From sequence record PV472050.1: a stretch of 64,000 nt of DNA. The stretch is one strand, 5' to 3'. Both the position numbers and the translations under genes were made by a program. Shown in pieces: positions 36,185-46,102 of this stretch (the stretch's first letter is position 1; the number at the start of each line of letters is the position of its first letter). A model generated the notes under the pieces. It was not told where the DNA came from. It did no database searches and saw only the letters and a list, made by a program, of their open reading frames with translations.

Positions 36185-38422
36185 CTATCTTGCAAGAGGT
36201 TTTGTCGTTATGCGAAGTATATCACCCACCACGGAATCGTTGATTTTAGCCGCGATGTTGTCAGAACGAATACTGGTCTTAATATCCGTGACCACACCCG
36301 TCAGTTGACGGTTCAAACGCGACCACCGCAGAATGGTATCCAGGTAGTCCATCCCTGTGATACGACTGGCAAAGTTGTTGAACGCACTGTCATCCGACAG
36401 AATACGACTGACCACCGCATTCGGATTAGTAAGATCCAGGATGCTAATGGACCGATCAATAGGAAGGGTGACCAGGGGTTCCAGATCGGTAATCTGTAAA
36501 CTGGCCGTCATATTCAACGGTTTACGATCACGAGTCCACCCTGCATCTCCTTCCCCCAGGGTCAGATCCAGTTGAGTCACCAGACCGGTACGGATGATTC
36601 CACGAGACTTACAGAAAGCTTTCACGTAGAAGGGTGAGGTATGGGTTCCACCACCTGAGGTATTACCGGCCACTAAGGGCAGTAGGAGGGAAATCAATAC
36701 CCAGATCTTAACAATCTGCTCATACGGGTGTGCGTAGTTACACACTGACTTAATGGTGTAGGTCTCCGTATGGAGATTGCAGGAGGATTCAGTCCAGTGG
36801 TCAGGGATCTTGACGTAACTGTTATTGGCAACAGCCAGGGGGATATTTCCAATAACAGACCCGGAAAGGGCTCCCATAGCCGCGTCTTTAACAATGTTAA
36901 TCAGTCCATCGACAATGGCTAAGCCAGTTTGACCTTTAGCCACATCGAAGGTGAAGTCATTGGTAGTGCGAACAATGGAATTGAACTTCTCCGCCATAGG
37001 CGATTGCCCAGTGCTATTAGAGAAGGAATCCCGAGTAGCTCCCCCGTTCCCCTCTACGCGGAAGGTGATCCCATCCATACCACCGGCTACAGCGGTTTTA
37101 ACGAGGTCGTAAATATCTCCCATCCAGGTACGATCGTTAGGGTTGTCTTCGTAGTAGAACTGATCCCCATTGTTAATAGCGGGATTAGCGGTTACCGAGG
37201 GGGTAGCGGGAGAGGGGCGTTGAGGCCGTTCGTTGGGGTTTACAGGAGGAGCTGAAGTACCATAAGACCCACCCGTTCCCATAGGCTGCATGGTGGAGGT
37301 GGGTTGTCCGTCAGGTCCGGTTGGGGGTTGTTCCAGTTCAAGGTTGGCAATTCCATATTGCTTATTACGTGCAGGGTCGATGTCTTGATAAGCGCCTCGG
37401 TTGAGGTAGGCGCTGTCTTCTTCAACATAGTTGGGTTCGTTATCACCCCGGTATTTACCGACTGTGCTCATTTCCTTTTCAATATACTCTTGAGAAGGTC
37501 TGCCAGCGGTTACCGAACGATCGAAGGTGACTTCTTGAAGGATTTGTTTGGCTCGTTCCAATTTCTGTTGGGGGGAGTTAATTGAAACGTCGTTGTCCAT
37601 AGAGGCCAGACGTTCCAACATCACCCGGTGTTTACGCACCCCTTTATTGACCAACCGCATCAGGTCAATAGTCCCATCCTGGTTGACGCAATCAGGAAAG
37701 AGGGTAGACAAACTGGAAACGGCTTTACTGTTGTCGTAATCGGGTTTAAGACCGTACAGGGGATCGGTCTGTTGCTGGTTCATCTTAGGTAGGATGGGAT
37801 CAATGTACCCCAGTTTCACCATGAAGTCATTCAGTACGCCGGTAGCCACCATGGTGTACGCCCCAACCGCAGGCTTAACAGTCCAGAACTGATGCTTGGG
37901 GGAATCTGCTAAGAATGCCAGGAATTGTGTACTGATACTCAACAGCTGCATAGGCCAAAAGGCAATAGAACCGATGGCTTGCCCCATGTAGAACGACAGA
38001 CTGGGCGCCCGCCCTTTGTTGGCAATGATAGCCGCTGCGGGAGAGAACATGTTTGTAATGAATGACAGCAGACCAGCGAACTGAGCCACGCCTGGGGTAA
38101 TGGTTAAGAGAGTGGCGTTGTTGTCGTAGATCTCTTTATACATGGAGCCGAATCCCCCTTCTGGGGTGACCATTAACCGTCCGTACCGGGGATCGGTCGC
38201 AGGGCTCCATTGAGGCACAGGGTTCACAAAGCGGTTATCCCCTGTTGCACTACTGAAAACGTTGAAATATTTGTCCCAATCGAGGATGTCTAATACTTCA
38301 CTCGGTGGGATACCGCGGGTTAACAGACGGAACGATTTCGTGATAATGTCCCGGTCGCGTGTCGTCACCTGAGCCATCGTGAATAAATTCCTAAGGTTAA
38401 CTAAAAGAGGCGGGGAGTACAT
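36185..38422 (-). CDS. Putative baseplate/tail structural protein (phiKZ gp182 position, 745 aa)
   Basis: Directly downstream of the giant tail lysin; INP.PQ, GWT...PL motifs recalled from this family; true start probably the ATG of MAQVTT. Confidence 0.6.
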   Translation of the reverse strand: MYSPPLLVNLRNLFTMAQVTTRDRDIITKSFRLLTRGIPPSEVLDILDWDKYFNVFSSATGDNRFVNPVPQWSPATDPRYGRLMVTPEGGFGSMYKEIYDNNATLLTITPGVAQFAGLLSFITNMFSPAAAIIANKGRAPSLSFYMGQAIGSIAFWPMQLLSISTQFLAFLADSPKHQFWTVKPAVGAYTMVATGVLNDFMVKLGYIDPILPKMNQQQTDPLYGLKPDYDNSKAVSSLSTLFPDCVNQDGTIDLMRLVNKGVRKHRVMLERLASMDNDVSINSPQQKLERAKQILQEVTFDRSVTAGRPSQEYIEKEMSTVGKYRGDNEPNYVEEDSAYLNRGAYQDIDPARNKQYGIANLELEQPPTGPDGQPTSTMQPMGTGGSYGTSAPPVNPNERPQRPSPATPSVTANPAINNGDQFYYEDNPNDRTWMGDIYDLVKTAVAGGMDGITFRVEGNGGATRDSFSNSTGQSPMAEKFNSIVRTTNDFTFDVAKGQTGLAIVDGLINIVKDAAMGALSGSVIGNIPLAVANNSYVKIPDHWTESSCNLHTETYTIKSVCNYAHPYEQIVKIWVLISLLLPLVAGNTSGGGTHTSPFYVKAFCKSRGIIRTGLVTQLDLTLGEGDAGWTRDRKPLNMTASLQITDLEPLVTLPIDRSISILDLTNPNAVVSRILSDDSAFNNFASRITGMDYLDTILRWSRLNRQLTGVVTDIKTSIRSDNIAAKINDSVVGDILRITTKPLAR

Positions 38423-38444
38423 CGTACTCCCCTATTAAGATGGA

Positions 38445-41400
38445 TCAATTCAAACGGACGGTTTTATCGGTTCCCTGATTCACCTGTTTGTCTTGCATCT
38501 CCGCCATCCGTCCCAGTACCTTGTAGATCTCAGCCAGAATACTGTTCGTATCCGAACTGTTATCACCCAGTTTACCCAACGAGGCCTTAAGCTCAGCCAC
38601 CAACGCAGAGTCATCACTACGGGTGGTCGTAAGTGCCTCGGTGCCCCGAGTGGACTGAGGAACAGGTTCAGACGGCGCAGGCGGAACCGGTTGAGGTGCA
38701 GAGGGGGGTGGAGAACCCTCATTAGACCTCGGAGTCGAGATCGGGACATCCGTAGCCGGGTTACCAAAGGTGGGAGTAGGCGTAGGTGGAACGTTCCGTT
38801 GCATCGGTCCTACCACACCACCGCCCAGTCCGGTGGTATCCTGCCCGTTCACGGACTGCCCGCCTTGCACAGCGTTAAGGAACTTGTTCGCTGCTTCAGG
38901 GGACTTAAAGGCCGCGTGAATATGCCCACCCGTGCCGAGTGCCGTTCGACTGCGGTATTCATTGATGACTTGGAATTCCTGAGGGCTTAACCCTGCCCGA
39001 CGAAGAATATCCGTTACAATGGCAACCGCTTGGTCACTTCCTTGTGCACCATTCACCAAGGTGAAGTCTAACGCCAGGCCTTTAGGATGAGCACCTTTAG
39101 ACCCCTTATTGACGTGGTAGGCGTCATTCAGTGCAGAGAAGTACCGGAAACCCGGAACTGTCTGTTGAATGATTTTACCCAGTTCTTCCACAGCAGGGTG
39201 GTGTTCACCCCCCGCAATGGCTTCAGGGGATTTCAGGCGCAATCCACTGCTACCCGGTGTATTGGTGTTAACGATCATCCCACCGTTATCACCTGACCCG
39301 TATTGTCCCCCTCCGCCTCCCATGGTTCCATTCAGGGACGGCAGACTACCACCCACAACGCCCGGAGCCGGTCTACTGACTTGAGGACGTTGGGGATCGT
39401 CGGAGGCTTCTTGACCGTACAGGTCGGACCCGGTTTGGCTCCCTAACCCACTCCCAGCCGTTTTATCAGCTGTGGTCAGTTCACCACTTTGCAGTTTCTT
39501 CAGGTAATTCAGATAGAGCGCATAGCGCTGAGGCATTTCAGGTAACGGATTACCTCCATTCAACCCTGTGGCTGCTCTACCGAAGTCACCGGTTTGGCTA
39601 ATACTCCTCAAGAGCTTAGAGTTCCTGAAGAAGTTCACCGCAATGGCTGCCATGACGTTCGGATCGTTACTGGCCAGCTCTGGTCTGTTCTCCAGATCAA
39701 TACCCAGCTCTTGCCCAACCCTCCGGTAATTAGCCCGACCCGTCAGCTGAATAAACCCACGTCCTCGGTAACGGTACCCATCACCAGCTTCCCTGTTCCC
39801 TAAGGAAGCACCTTTACCCCCACCGTACACGGTATTGGCGATGGCCACTTCGCCGGCTTGTACGAGGGCTCTCGCTTGTTCCATGCTCTTCACTTCCCTG
39901 AAGAGTTGAACCAAGCGTTCCGGACTGCTGTACTTCATGTTCTCAGTGGTCCGGGAATAGCCTGAAGACTCGTAGTTGGTAAGGGCGAGCATTTCAGCGA
40001 TTTCACGGGGATCCGTAAAGCCTTGTTTCAGCATCTCACGGATGATCAACTGCTCCGCCAACGGTTTAGGAACACTCACCCCTCGATCCGTTCCTTGGTT
40101 CGTACGCACACCGGTCATATCCAGATGACTGGTGTCCGAATCACCCGTAATGGGCGTGAAGCCAAAGGCATTCTCAGGGGTTCTGAACCGACCGTCACTA
40201 CTGTACGTATTCCCAGCGTCTCCGCCAAAGGTACCGTACATCCCTCCTAGAGCAGAATCTCTCCGAGACCGGAACTGTTCCGGGGTAGAAACATTCGCCT
40301 GTTGGTCGGTGAACCCACCCCCTACCCGGTGAGGACTGATCTTCTCAGCCCAGGTTTGGGCGTTGGTCTTACCCGCTTCCAATTCAGGGTCTTTGAGTTT
40401 AGCTTCTACCGACGCTTCCCCCAAGAGGTTCAACATCCTGTCAACTTTATCCGACCGCCCTGGAGAGGTTTCCCAGGCGAAGGGTGCCGCCCGTACGTTC
40501 CAGACTGAAATGGTAAAGCCAAAGACACCATTGACTTGGGTTTGAGTCAGTTCCTTGGCGATCTCATACCGTGCGGTGGCGGAAAGGGTTCTCCAAACCA
40601 CACCCGGTAGCCCCCGACGGTATTTCTTCATCAGGGTCATGTAGTTGGTCAGTACCGGCAGGAACCGATCCCTGAACCACTTGCACCAGGCATCCGCGTA
40701 CCGATCATCCACCCGGAAGGCGTCCTTGAACCGACCGAAGAGTTCACCTATGTTGCCCTTGAACACCATGTCATCCCCTTTCGCCATAAACAGGGATTCA
40801 CAATGGCGTTCCAACTTGAGGACAGCTTCGACTCGCCAGGGAACATCCTTATCATTCCCGTAGGTAGCCACCCGGATAGCGGTAAGCATATCCAGAGCTT
40901 TACCATCTGGCATCAGGTCTTGGATATAGATCTGACCGACAACCGCATTGGCGGTATACGCTTTCCCTAACCGATCGATTTCACCTTTAACCTCCTTCAG
41001 GCGATCCGTGGCCTCCATCTTCTCCCCGAAGTCTTTCCACTGAGTACTGCGGTCTTCCAGCCTCCGTTCCAGTTGAACCCGTTCCTTCTGGAGGGACTCC
41101 AGACTTTGGCCTTTAACCGTAGAAACGGCAAAGGGATCAATGCTGGGATCTTTAGCCCCGACGTACTTCTTCAGGGCCTCCAGGAGGTTACCCACCCGGA
41201 TGATCGTCATTTGTTGATCAAGGAGAGGAGTCTCTTTGTCAATCTTAGCTACGATCTGGTACGGGGAAGGCACCAACCCACTGAGGGCACTGTGGGCTTG
41301 CTTGGCCACTTTGTACACGATTAAGTCAGACGAATCGTCATAGTCCTTCAACGACCGCAGTTTAACCGCATCCAAACAGGCCAGGTAGGTCAAGTAAACG

Positions 41401-41942
41401 GGTTTGAACCGTCCATTGAACCAGGTAAAGACTTCACCAATTTCATTACGGTCTTGAGGATTGCCTACGAAGAGACGAAGGACTTCCTCAATAGGCGCTT
41501 GCTTAGACAGCGACGCACGCCCATTTCCAATCACCACATGGTCTTTTAGCAGGTTCTCAACGTTGAGGATTTTAGCCGCCAGAGGACCTTGAGGATCTGA
41601 GAGACCGTACTGAACCATCCGTAGTTCAGTTTGTTTCCCTTTACCTGAACCAAACAGGGAATCCCATCCCCATTTAGAAGTCCCCAACATCACCCCAAAG
41701 GGACTGTACATCGAAGACCCCAGGGCATCCGTAGTGGGACTCTTTCCTTTGACCTTCTCCAGAATCCATTTCGCAATGGTCTGTCCACCCAGTAAGCCCG
41801 CAGTGGCACCCACTTGTTGGTAAAGACTATTACCGGCTTTACCCACTTTAAGGATTTGGTCGGTGGTATCGAGTTTCTTCGTTTCTTCGTCAGTAGCGAC
41901 CTGGTACATTTCGTACGCAGACAATGCACCTGCGCCAATCAA
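38445..41942 (-). CDS. C-terminal part of giant tail lysin/tape-measure-like protein: GH19-like lysozyme plus M15-like Zn peptidase
   Basis: YES...TENMKY and YRGRGFIQLTGRANY (GH19); GAHPKGLALD...GHIH (peptidase M15-like). Confidence 0.85.
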   Translation of the reverse strand: MIGAGALSAYEMYQVATDEETKKLDTTDQILKVGKAGNSLYQQVGATAGLLGGQTIAKWILEKVKGKSPTTDALGSSMYSPFGVMLGTSKWGWDSLFGSGKGKQTELRMVQYGLSDPQGPLAAKILNVENLLKDHVVIGNGRASLSKQAPIEEVLRLFVGNPQDRNEIGEVFTWFNGRFKPVYLTYLACLDAVKLRSLKDYDDSSDLIVYKVAKQAHSALSGLVPSPYQIVAKIDKETPLLDQQMTIIRVGNLLEALKKYVGAKDPSIDPFAVSTVKGQSLESLQKERVQLERRLEDRSTQWKDFGEKMEATDRLKEVKGEIDRLGKAYTANAVVGQIYIQDLMPDGKALDMLTAIRVATYGNDKDVPWRVEAVLKLERHCESLFMAKGDDMVFKGNIGELFGRFKDAFRVDDRYADAWCKWFRDRFLPVLTNYMTLMKKYRRGLPGVVWRTLSATARYEIAKELTQTQVNGVFGFTISVWNVRAAPFAWETSPGRSDKVDRMLNLLGEASVEAKLKDPELEAGKTNAQTWAEKISPHRVGGGFTDQQANVSTPEQFRSRRDSALGGMYGTFGGDAGNTYSSDGRFRTPENAFGFTPITGDSDTSHLDMTGVRTNQGTDRGVSVPKPLAEQLIIREMLKQGFTDPREIAEMLALTNYESSGYSRTTENMKYSSPERLVQLFREVKSMEQARALVQAGEVAIANTVYGGGKGASLGNREAGDGYRYRGRGFIQLTGRANYRRVGQELGIDLENRPELASNDPNVMAAIAVNFFRNSKLLRSISQTGDFGRAATGLNGGNPLPEMPQRYALYLNYLKKLQSGELTTADKTAGSGLGSQTGSDLYGQEASDDPQRPQVSRPAPGVVGGSLPSLNGTMGGGGGQYGSGDNGGMIVNTNTPGSSGLRLKSPEAIAGGEHHPAVEELGKIIQQTVPGFRYFSALNDAYHVNKGSKGAHPKGLALDFTLVNGAQGSDQAVAIVTDILRRAGLSPQEFQVINEYRSRTALGTGGHIHAAFKSPEAANKFLNAVQGGQSVNGQDTTGLGGGVVGPMQRNVPPTPTPTFGNPATDVPISTPRSNEGSPPPSAPQPVPPAPSEPVPQSTRGTEALTTTRSDDSALVAELKASLGKLGDNSSDTNSILAEIYKVLGRMAEMQDKQVNQGTDKTVRLN

Positions 41943-41953
41943 ACCGGCGCGTC

Positions 41954-44900
41954 CTACACCCAGTTTACAAGGTCCGAGTCACCCAGACCATTCAATAACC
42001 CACCGAGTCCACCAGCGACGCCCTTAGCGATAATCGGCAACAGTTTAAGTCCCATACGACTGAACTTAAACAATGCACTGAACCCGCTCCAGAGGACCTT
42101 AGAACCCAGGAAGCTGGTCAACCACTCGAAGCCTTTCTTAACACCTCCTACCAAACTGCTCAGGAGACCGAAGATACCGAACTTCTTCTTCTTACCGAGT
42201 TCTTTCTCATCCTTCATACCGAAACCGAAGTTTTCAGCAATCGAGATGATGGCATTCTTAACGGTATTGTCTTTCTCTTCCTGGAGTTTTTGCGTGCGGT
42301 CGGCCAGTGAGTTAGCTCGGGTGGCATCACTGGACGACGCCGACCGACGGAACCGATCGGTGTTGTCCCCTGCACCCGCTTTTCCTTTAGCGGCTCTAAA
42401 GCTCTCCAGGGCGTCTTTAAGCGCTGGATTCTTTTCCATAAGGGCTTCGGTAAGGGTAAGATCGTTTCGATCTCCTAGGGACCCTGGAGGGCCTTCTGGG
42501 CCATCTTGGGAACCTGGTGCTGGGGGAGTGAAGGGATTGGGGCTACCATCCGGTGAGTTATACCCCCAATGTTTCAAGAGGAGGTAATAGATCCGATCCA
42601 CGGAATTGACCACCGGAGAGTGATCCGTACTGAACGGATTCTTAACCCGACCCCCCATGCCTTTCGCATACCCGCCCGCACGGTCTTTCAGTTTACCGAA
42701 GAGATCCAACCCGAACTGTCCGGCTTGTTTAAGCCCTGCGCCCAGCTTGTTGATACTCGTTCCCATGGAAGTTTTAAGTCCACGGTCGTATTCTTCAGCC
42801 GTGATCAGGGTATTCCCTTCCTTGTCATACACAGGTCCATCGATCTCATCCCATCCCTGGAGTTCAACGAACCCGTCTCCACTCCGTTTGAAGTATTGAC
42901 CTTTACCAAAGCGACTCCCCAGCAAAACCGGTTCGTCTTCGCCTTCAATGTAAATATCCATCCGGTACAGACGTGTGCGAGCTTTATCCCAAAGCCCTTT
43001 CACTCGGTTAACGGGATCCAGCCAGTTAAAGGCTTTCATAAAGAGATCCCGCACCTTATTCAGGCCTTTAAGGAATACTTCCTTGTTGTCTTCGGTAAAG
43101 AGTTTACCCGCTAAGCGGCTAGCGCCAATAACGGCTCCGTTGGCCAGGTCTTTAATACTCCCGGTAATCTGATCCCACCCCTGAATGATCTTCCCGGTGA
43201 GCATATCCAGATACTCACCCTTAAAGAGTTTAAAGGATTCAAGGATAGGGGTATCAGACCCTTCTTCGTATAGGTCTTCCGTGTCCTCGGCTCGACGAGC
43301 AGCTGCTCGGGCACGCAACTTGTTATATGCCATCCCTAGCGCCAAACCACCTCCTACCAATGCAGCACCTTTCGGGTTGTAGATCGCCATACCAGCCAAT
43401 CCACCCAGTAACCCACCCAGTACCAACGGTTGATTGTCCAGGAGTTTATCTATTCCCTTATTAAACAGATCCCCAAACGACGTACTCTTAATCCGTTCCA
43501 GAATACTCCGTTTCTGTTGTTGAATGACCTCTTCAGCTTCAGGCGTGGTTTTCTCGTAGGGTTGACGTTCCAAGATCTTGGTGAGGATATCGTTACGGTT
43601 CCCTCCCAGTTCTACCAGTTTACCCAGCAGGCTGTTCCCTTGGGTCACCTGGTCGTTCAGAGCGGTGAACAGAGAAGACGGATCCGTAAGACCCGAACGA
43701 CTTACACCTCCCTGCTCAATATGCGCCCCGAGTTTATCCAAAGTTTCCCGTACACCCTGAAGGGTTTCATTCAACTGAGCGTTCTCAGCCGCAATCACAC
43801 CTCCGGCGTCTCGACGCCCTCTTCCTCGTCTGCCAAAGGAACGGGTCTTACGCACCGCTTCTTCCAGAGGGTTGTCATACGTCATCGCACGGTCAGGGTT
43901 GTCAATGAAGGACTGGAGAACGTTCCGGAAGGTGTCCATATTGACTTCATCATGGCCATTTTCAGACTTGATGATGCCGGCTTCTTTCATGACGTTGTAA
44001 TACCCGGACGAACGCAACATATCGACGCGTTCGGCAATGTCAGGCATAAACCGACCCAGGAGGTTGGATTGTTCCGTTAACTTAGCGGCGCGTTCTCGGG
44101 CTTGTTCTGTGGGAAGACGAGCAATAGCACTCGCCCGGTCCAGGGTACTGCCCTCCTTAAAGGCCGTAAAGGCTTCCGGGGTAATATCAAAATTCCGTTG
44201 GAACAATTCCCGGATTTCATCCGCTACCTGACGGTTAACTCCTTTGGTCTCCAAGTTCATGTACAGGTACGGACTGAACCCTTTCCGTTTATCCGCATTC
44301 TGAACCAGTTGCATCGCCAATACACGGCGGGCTTCGTTGGACAATTCCTTATTGGGGTCAATGGAATCCACCAATCGAAGGGACGTATCCGCTTGGGACT
44401 TGAATTGGTCTTTATCCATCACCCGGTTAAAGGTATCTGCTACCTTTTGGTTATGGCTGACCAACTTACCCCGCACGTAGTCATAACTCGATGCTTTAAG
44501 GGTATCATCCCCTGTACGGATCTTTTCAATCGACAAGTGAATGTGACTGAGCAGTTCGGGAATCACTTCATTCAGGGTACGGGAGGACTGTTTGTTCCAG
44601 ATCTCCGGTTCGTGGGCATCCATTAACCCGCGACGTTTTAGGCTGTAACGACTCCCGGTGGGTTGGTACATCTCATCCAACAACCCCGCCATGCCTTTAT
44701 TCGCCCCTTTCTTCAGGGTATTAATAACCGTCCATTCCACTTTACCCAAGGGCTTTTGACCTGAACGGAGCGTACTGAGGTATTGTTCGTAGTCCCCATC
44801 CTCGTCAAACGAGGATCCCCAGTTGTGGTATTCCGAAAGGGTATTGACCATCCCTTCCGCATTACTGAGGTTATACGACGCTACGTTACCCAAGTCCGTG

Positions 44901-46072
44901 AGTTGTGCGTATGCGTTATCCGCCCATTTCCCCAGTTCCGGGAATTGTTTCTTGAACTTAGCAACGTATTCCTTTCCCTTACGGGAATTGATCATCCGGG
45001 GGAGGTTGCTAATGAACATTTGGGCTGCAACGTTACCCACCATGGTCCCTACGTTGAGCGGCATGCCTTCCGACATCTCCGCCGCCATGCGCATGGCACC
45101 AATCAGGTCACCCGCACCTCGGATTCCGTCCCCTCGCGCATCCTTACCGAACCGCTCGTTAATAAACTCCCGTATTCCTCCAAAGGAGCCTTTAACCGTA
45201 TTGAAGACCGATTCCCGAATGCTCTTACGCATCGCTTGACTGTGGGTGGTCTTTTCGTAATCACTCTTAGCGGAGTTCACGGCAATGGTCTTCAGTTCAG
45301 CAATCATCCGGTGATTACTGGCTTCCATGAACTTGTAGAACTTCGCGCTGGTCAAATAGGAACGAGCCAACAGGTTCACCTTGAGGGTATCATTCCTCAA
45401 TTGAACTTTACGTTGGTAATTCACCATTTGTTCCAGCAGTTGGTTACTCCGCCCAATACTCAGGTTCAGGGTATTCAACCCCCCAATGGTGCGGCCGCCT
45501 ACTTCGGTCATCATGGCGGTAATACTTTCACCCACCCCAATGACCGTTTCCCGCTCTAACAGGGAGTTAGCATCTTCACTCCCCAGCAGGTCTTTCACAT
45601 CATTTTCGCCCACATTTTCCATGGACGGGGTGTCATTCACCGACGACGTATATGGCTTCCAACTGCTGAAGTCATTTTGACTGAACCGAGTCAGCCCACT
45701 GGCTACACCCCCGGTGATCTTATTAGGAGCTATTTTACCTAACTTGTCACTACCCCGTTTAGCCAAGTATTGGAGGTCCACGACTGCATCGTAGCTTTCA
45801 CGTTTAAGTTCGTCTACGATCTCTCTCCGACGACGGTTAATATCCGACGCCGTCGTAAAGGCAGTCCCCCAGGTCTTAGGGAGGACCATCTTCAGGGTGT
45901 TCAACCGAGCATCGGTGTCCCCTACTGTCTGATTCACTACACCTGACAAAAACCCGGTTGCTACCGAACGAATGAACCCCGGTTTCTTCCCATCGAAATC
46001 GGTATCGAAATCAATATCCCCAGTAAAGGGATCCTCTCCCCAATCGAAATCATCGAATGTATTATCCGCCAT
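41954..46072 (-). CDS. N-terminal part of giant tail lysin/tape-measure-like protein (phiKZ gp181 type)
   Basis: 1372-aa helical ORF, GGAG RBS, divergent from the RNAP beta' gene; continues into the next ORF after a -1 frame change. Confidence 0.8.
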   Translation of the reverse strand: MADNTFDDFDWGEDPFTGDIDFDTDFDGKKPGFIRSVATGFLSGVVNQTVGDTDARLNTLKMVLPKTWGTAFTTASDINRRRREIVDELKRESYDAVVDLQYLAKRGSDKLGKIAPNKITGGVASGLTRFSQNDFSSWKPYTSSVNDTPSMENVGENDVKDLLGSEDANSLLERETVIGVGESITAMMTEVGGRTIGGLNTLNLSIGRSNQLLEQMVNYQRKVQLRNDTLKVNLLARSYLTSAKFYKFMEASNHRMIAELKTIAVNSAKSDYEKTTHSQAMRKSIRESVFNTVKGSFGGIREFINERFGKDARGDGIRGAGDLIGAMRMAAEMSEGMPLNVGTMVGNVAAQMFISNLPRMINSRKGKEYVAKFKKQFPELGKWADNAYAQLTDLGNVASYNLSNAEGMVNTLSEYHNWGSSFDEDGDYEQYLSTLRSGQKPLGKVEWTVINTLKKGANKGMAGLLDEMYQPTGSRYSLKRRGLMDAHEPEIWNKQSSRTLNEVIPELLSHIHLSIEKIRTGDDTLKASSYDYVRGKLVSHNQKVADTFNRVMDKDQFKSQADTSLRLVDSIDPNKELSNEARRVLAMQLVQNADKRKGFSPYLYMNLETKGVNRQVADEIRELFQRNFDITPEAFTAFKEGSTLDRASAIARLPTEQARERAAKLTEQSNLLGRFMPDIAERVDMLRSSGYYNVMKEAGIIKSENGHDEVNMDTFRNVLQSFIDNPDRAMTYDNPLEEAVRKTRSFGRRGRGRRDAGGVIAAENAQLNETLQGVRETLDKLGAHIEQGGVSRSGLTDPSSLFTALNDQVTQGNSLLGKLVELGGNRNDILTKILERQPYEKTTPEAEEVIQQQKRSILERIKSTSFGDLFNKGIDKLLDNQPLVLGGLLGGLAGMAIYNPKGAALVGGGLALGMAYNKLRARAAARRAEDTEDLYEEGSDTPILESFKLFKGEYLDMLTGKIIQGWDQITGSIKDLANGAVIGASRLAGKLFTEDNKEVFLKGLNKVRDLFMKAFNWLDPVNRVKGLWDKARTRLYRMDIYIEGEDEPVLLGSRFGKGQYFKRSGDGFVELQGWDEIDGPVYDKEGNTLITAEEYDRGLKTSMGTSINKLGAGLKQAGQFGLDLFGKLKDRAGGYAKGMGGRVKNPFSTDHSPVVNSVDRIYYLLLKHWGYNSPDGSPNPFTPPAPGSQDGPEGPPGSLGDRNDLTLTEALMEKNPALKDALESFRAAKGKAGAGDNTDRFRRSASSSDATRANSLADRTQKLQEEKDNTVKNAIISIAENFGFGMKDEKELGKKKKFGIFGLLSSLVGGVKKGFEWLTSFLGSKVLWSGFSALFKFSRMGLKLLPIIAKGVAGGLGGLLNGLGDSDLVNWV

Positions 46073-46102
46073 TGTTAATGCACTCCCGCATAAGGAAACC
46101 GT

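Noticed and set aside
41954-41981. Programmed -1 ribosomal frameshift as the explanation for the split tail gene
   Set aside because: No X XXY YYZ heptamer or evident stimulatory structure in the overlap; kept only as a minor alternative in the findings.
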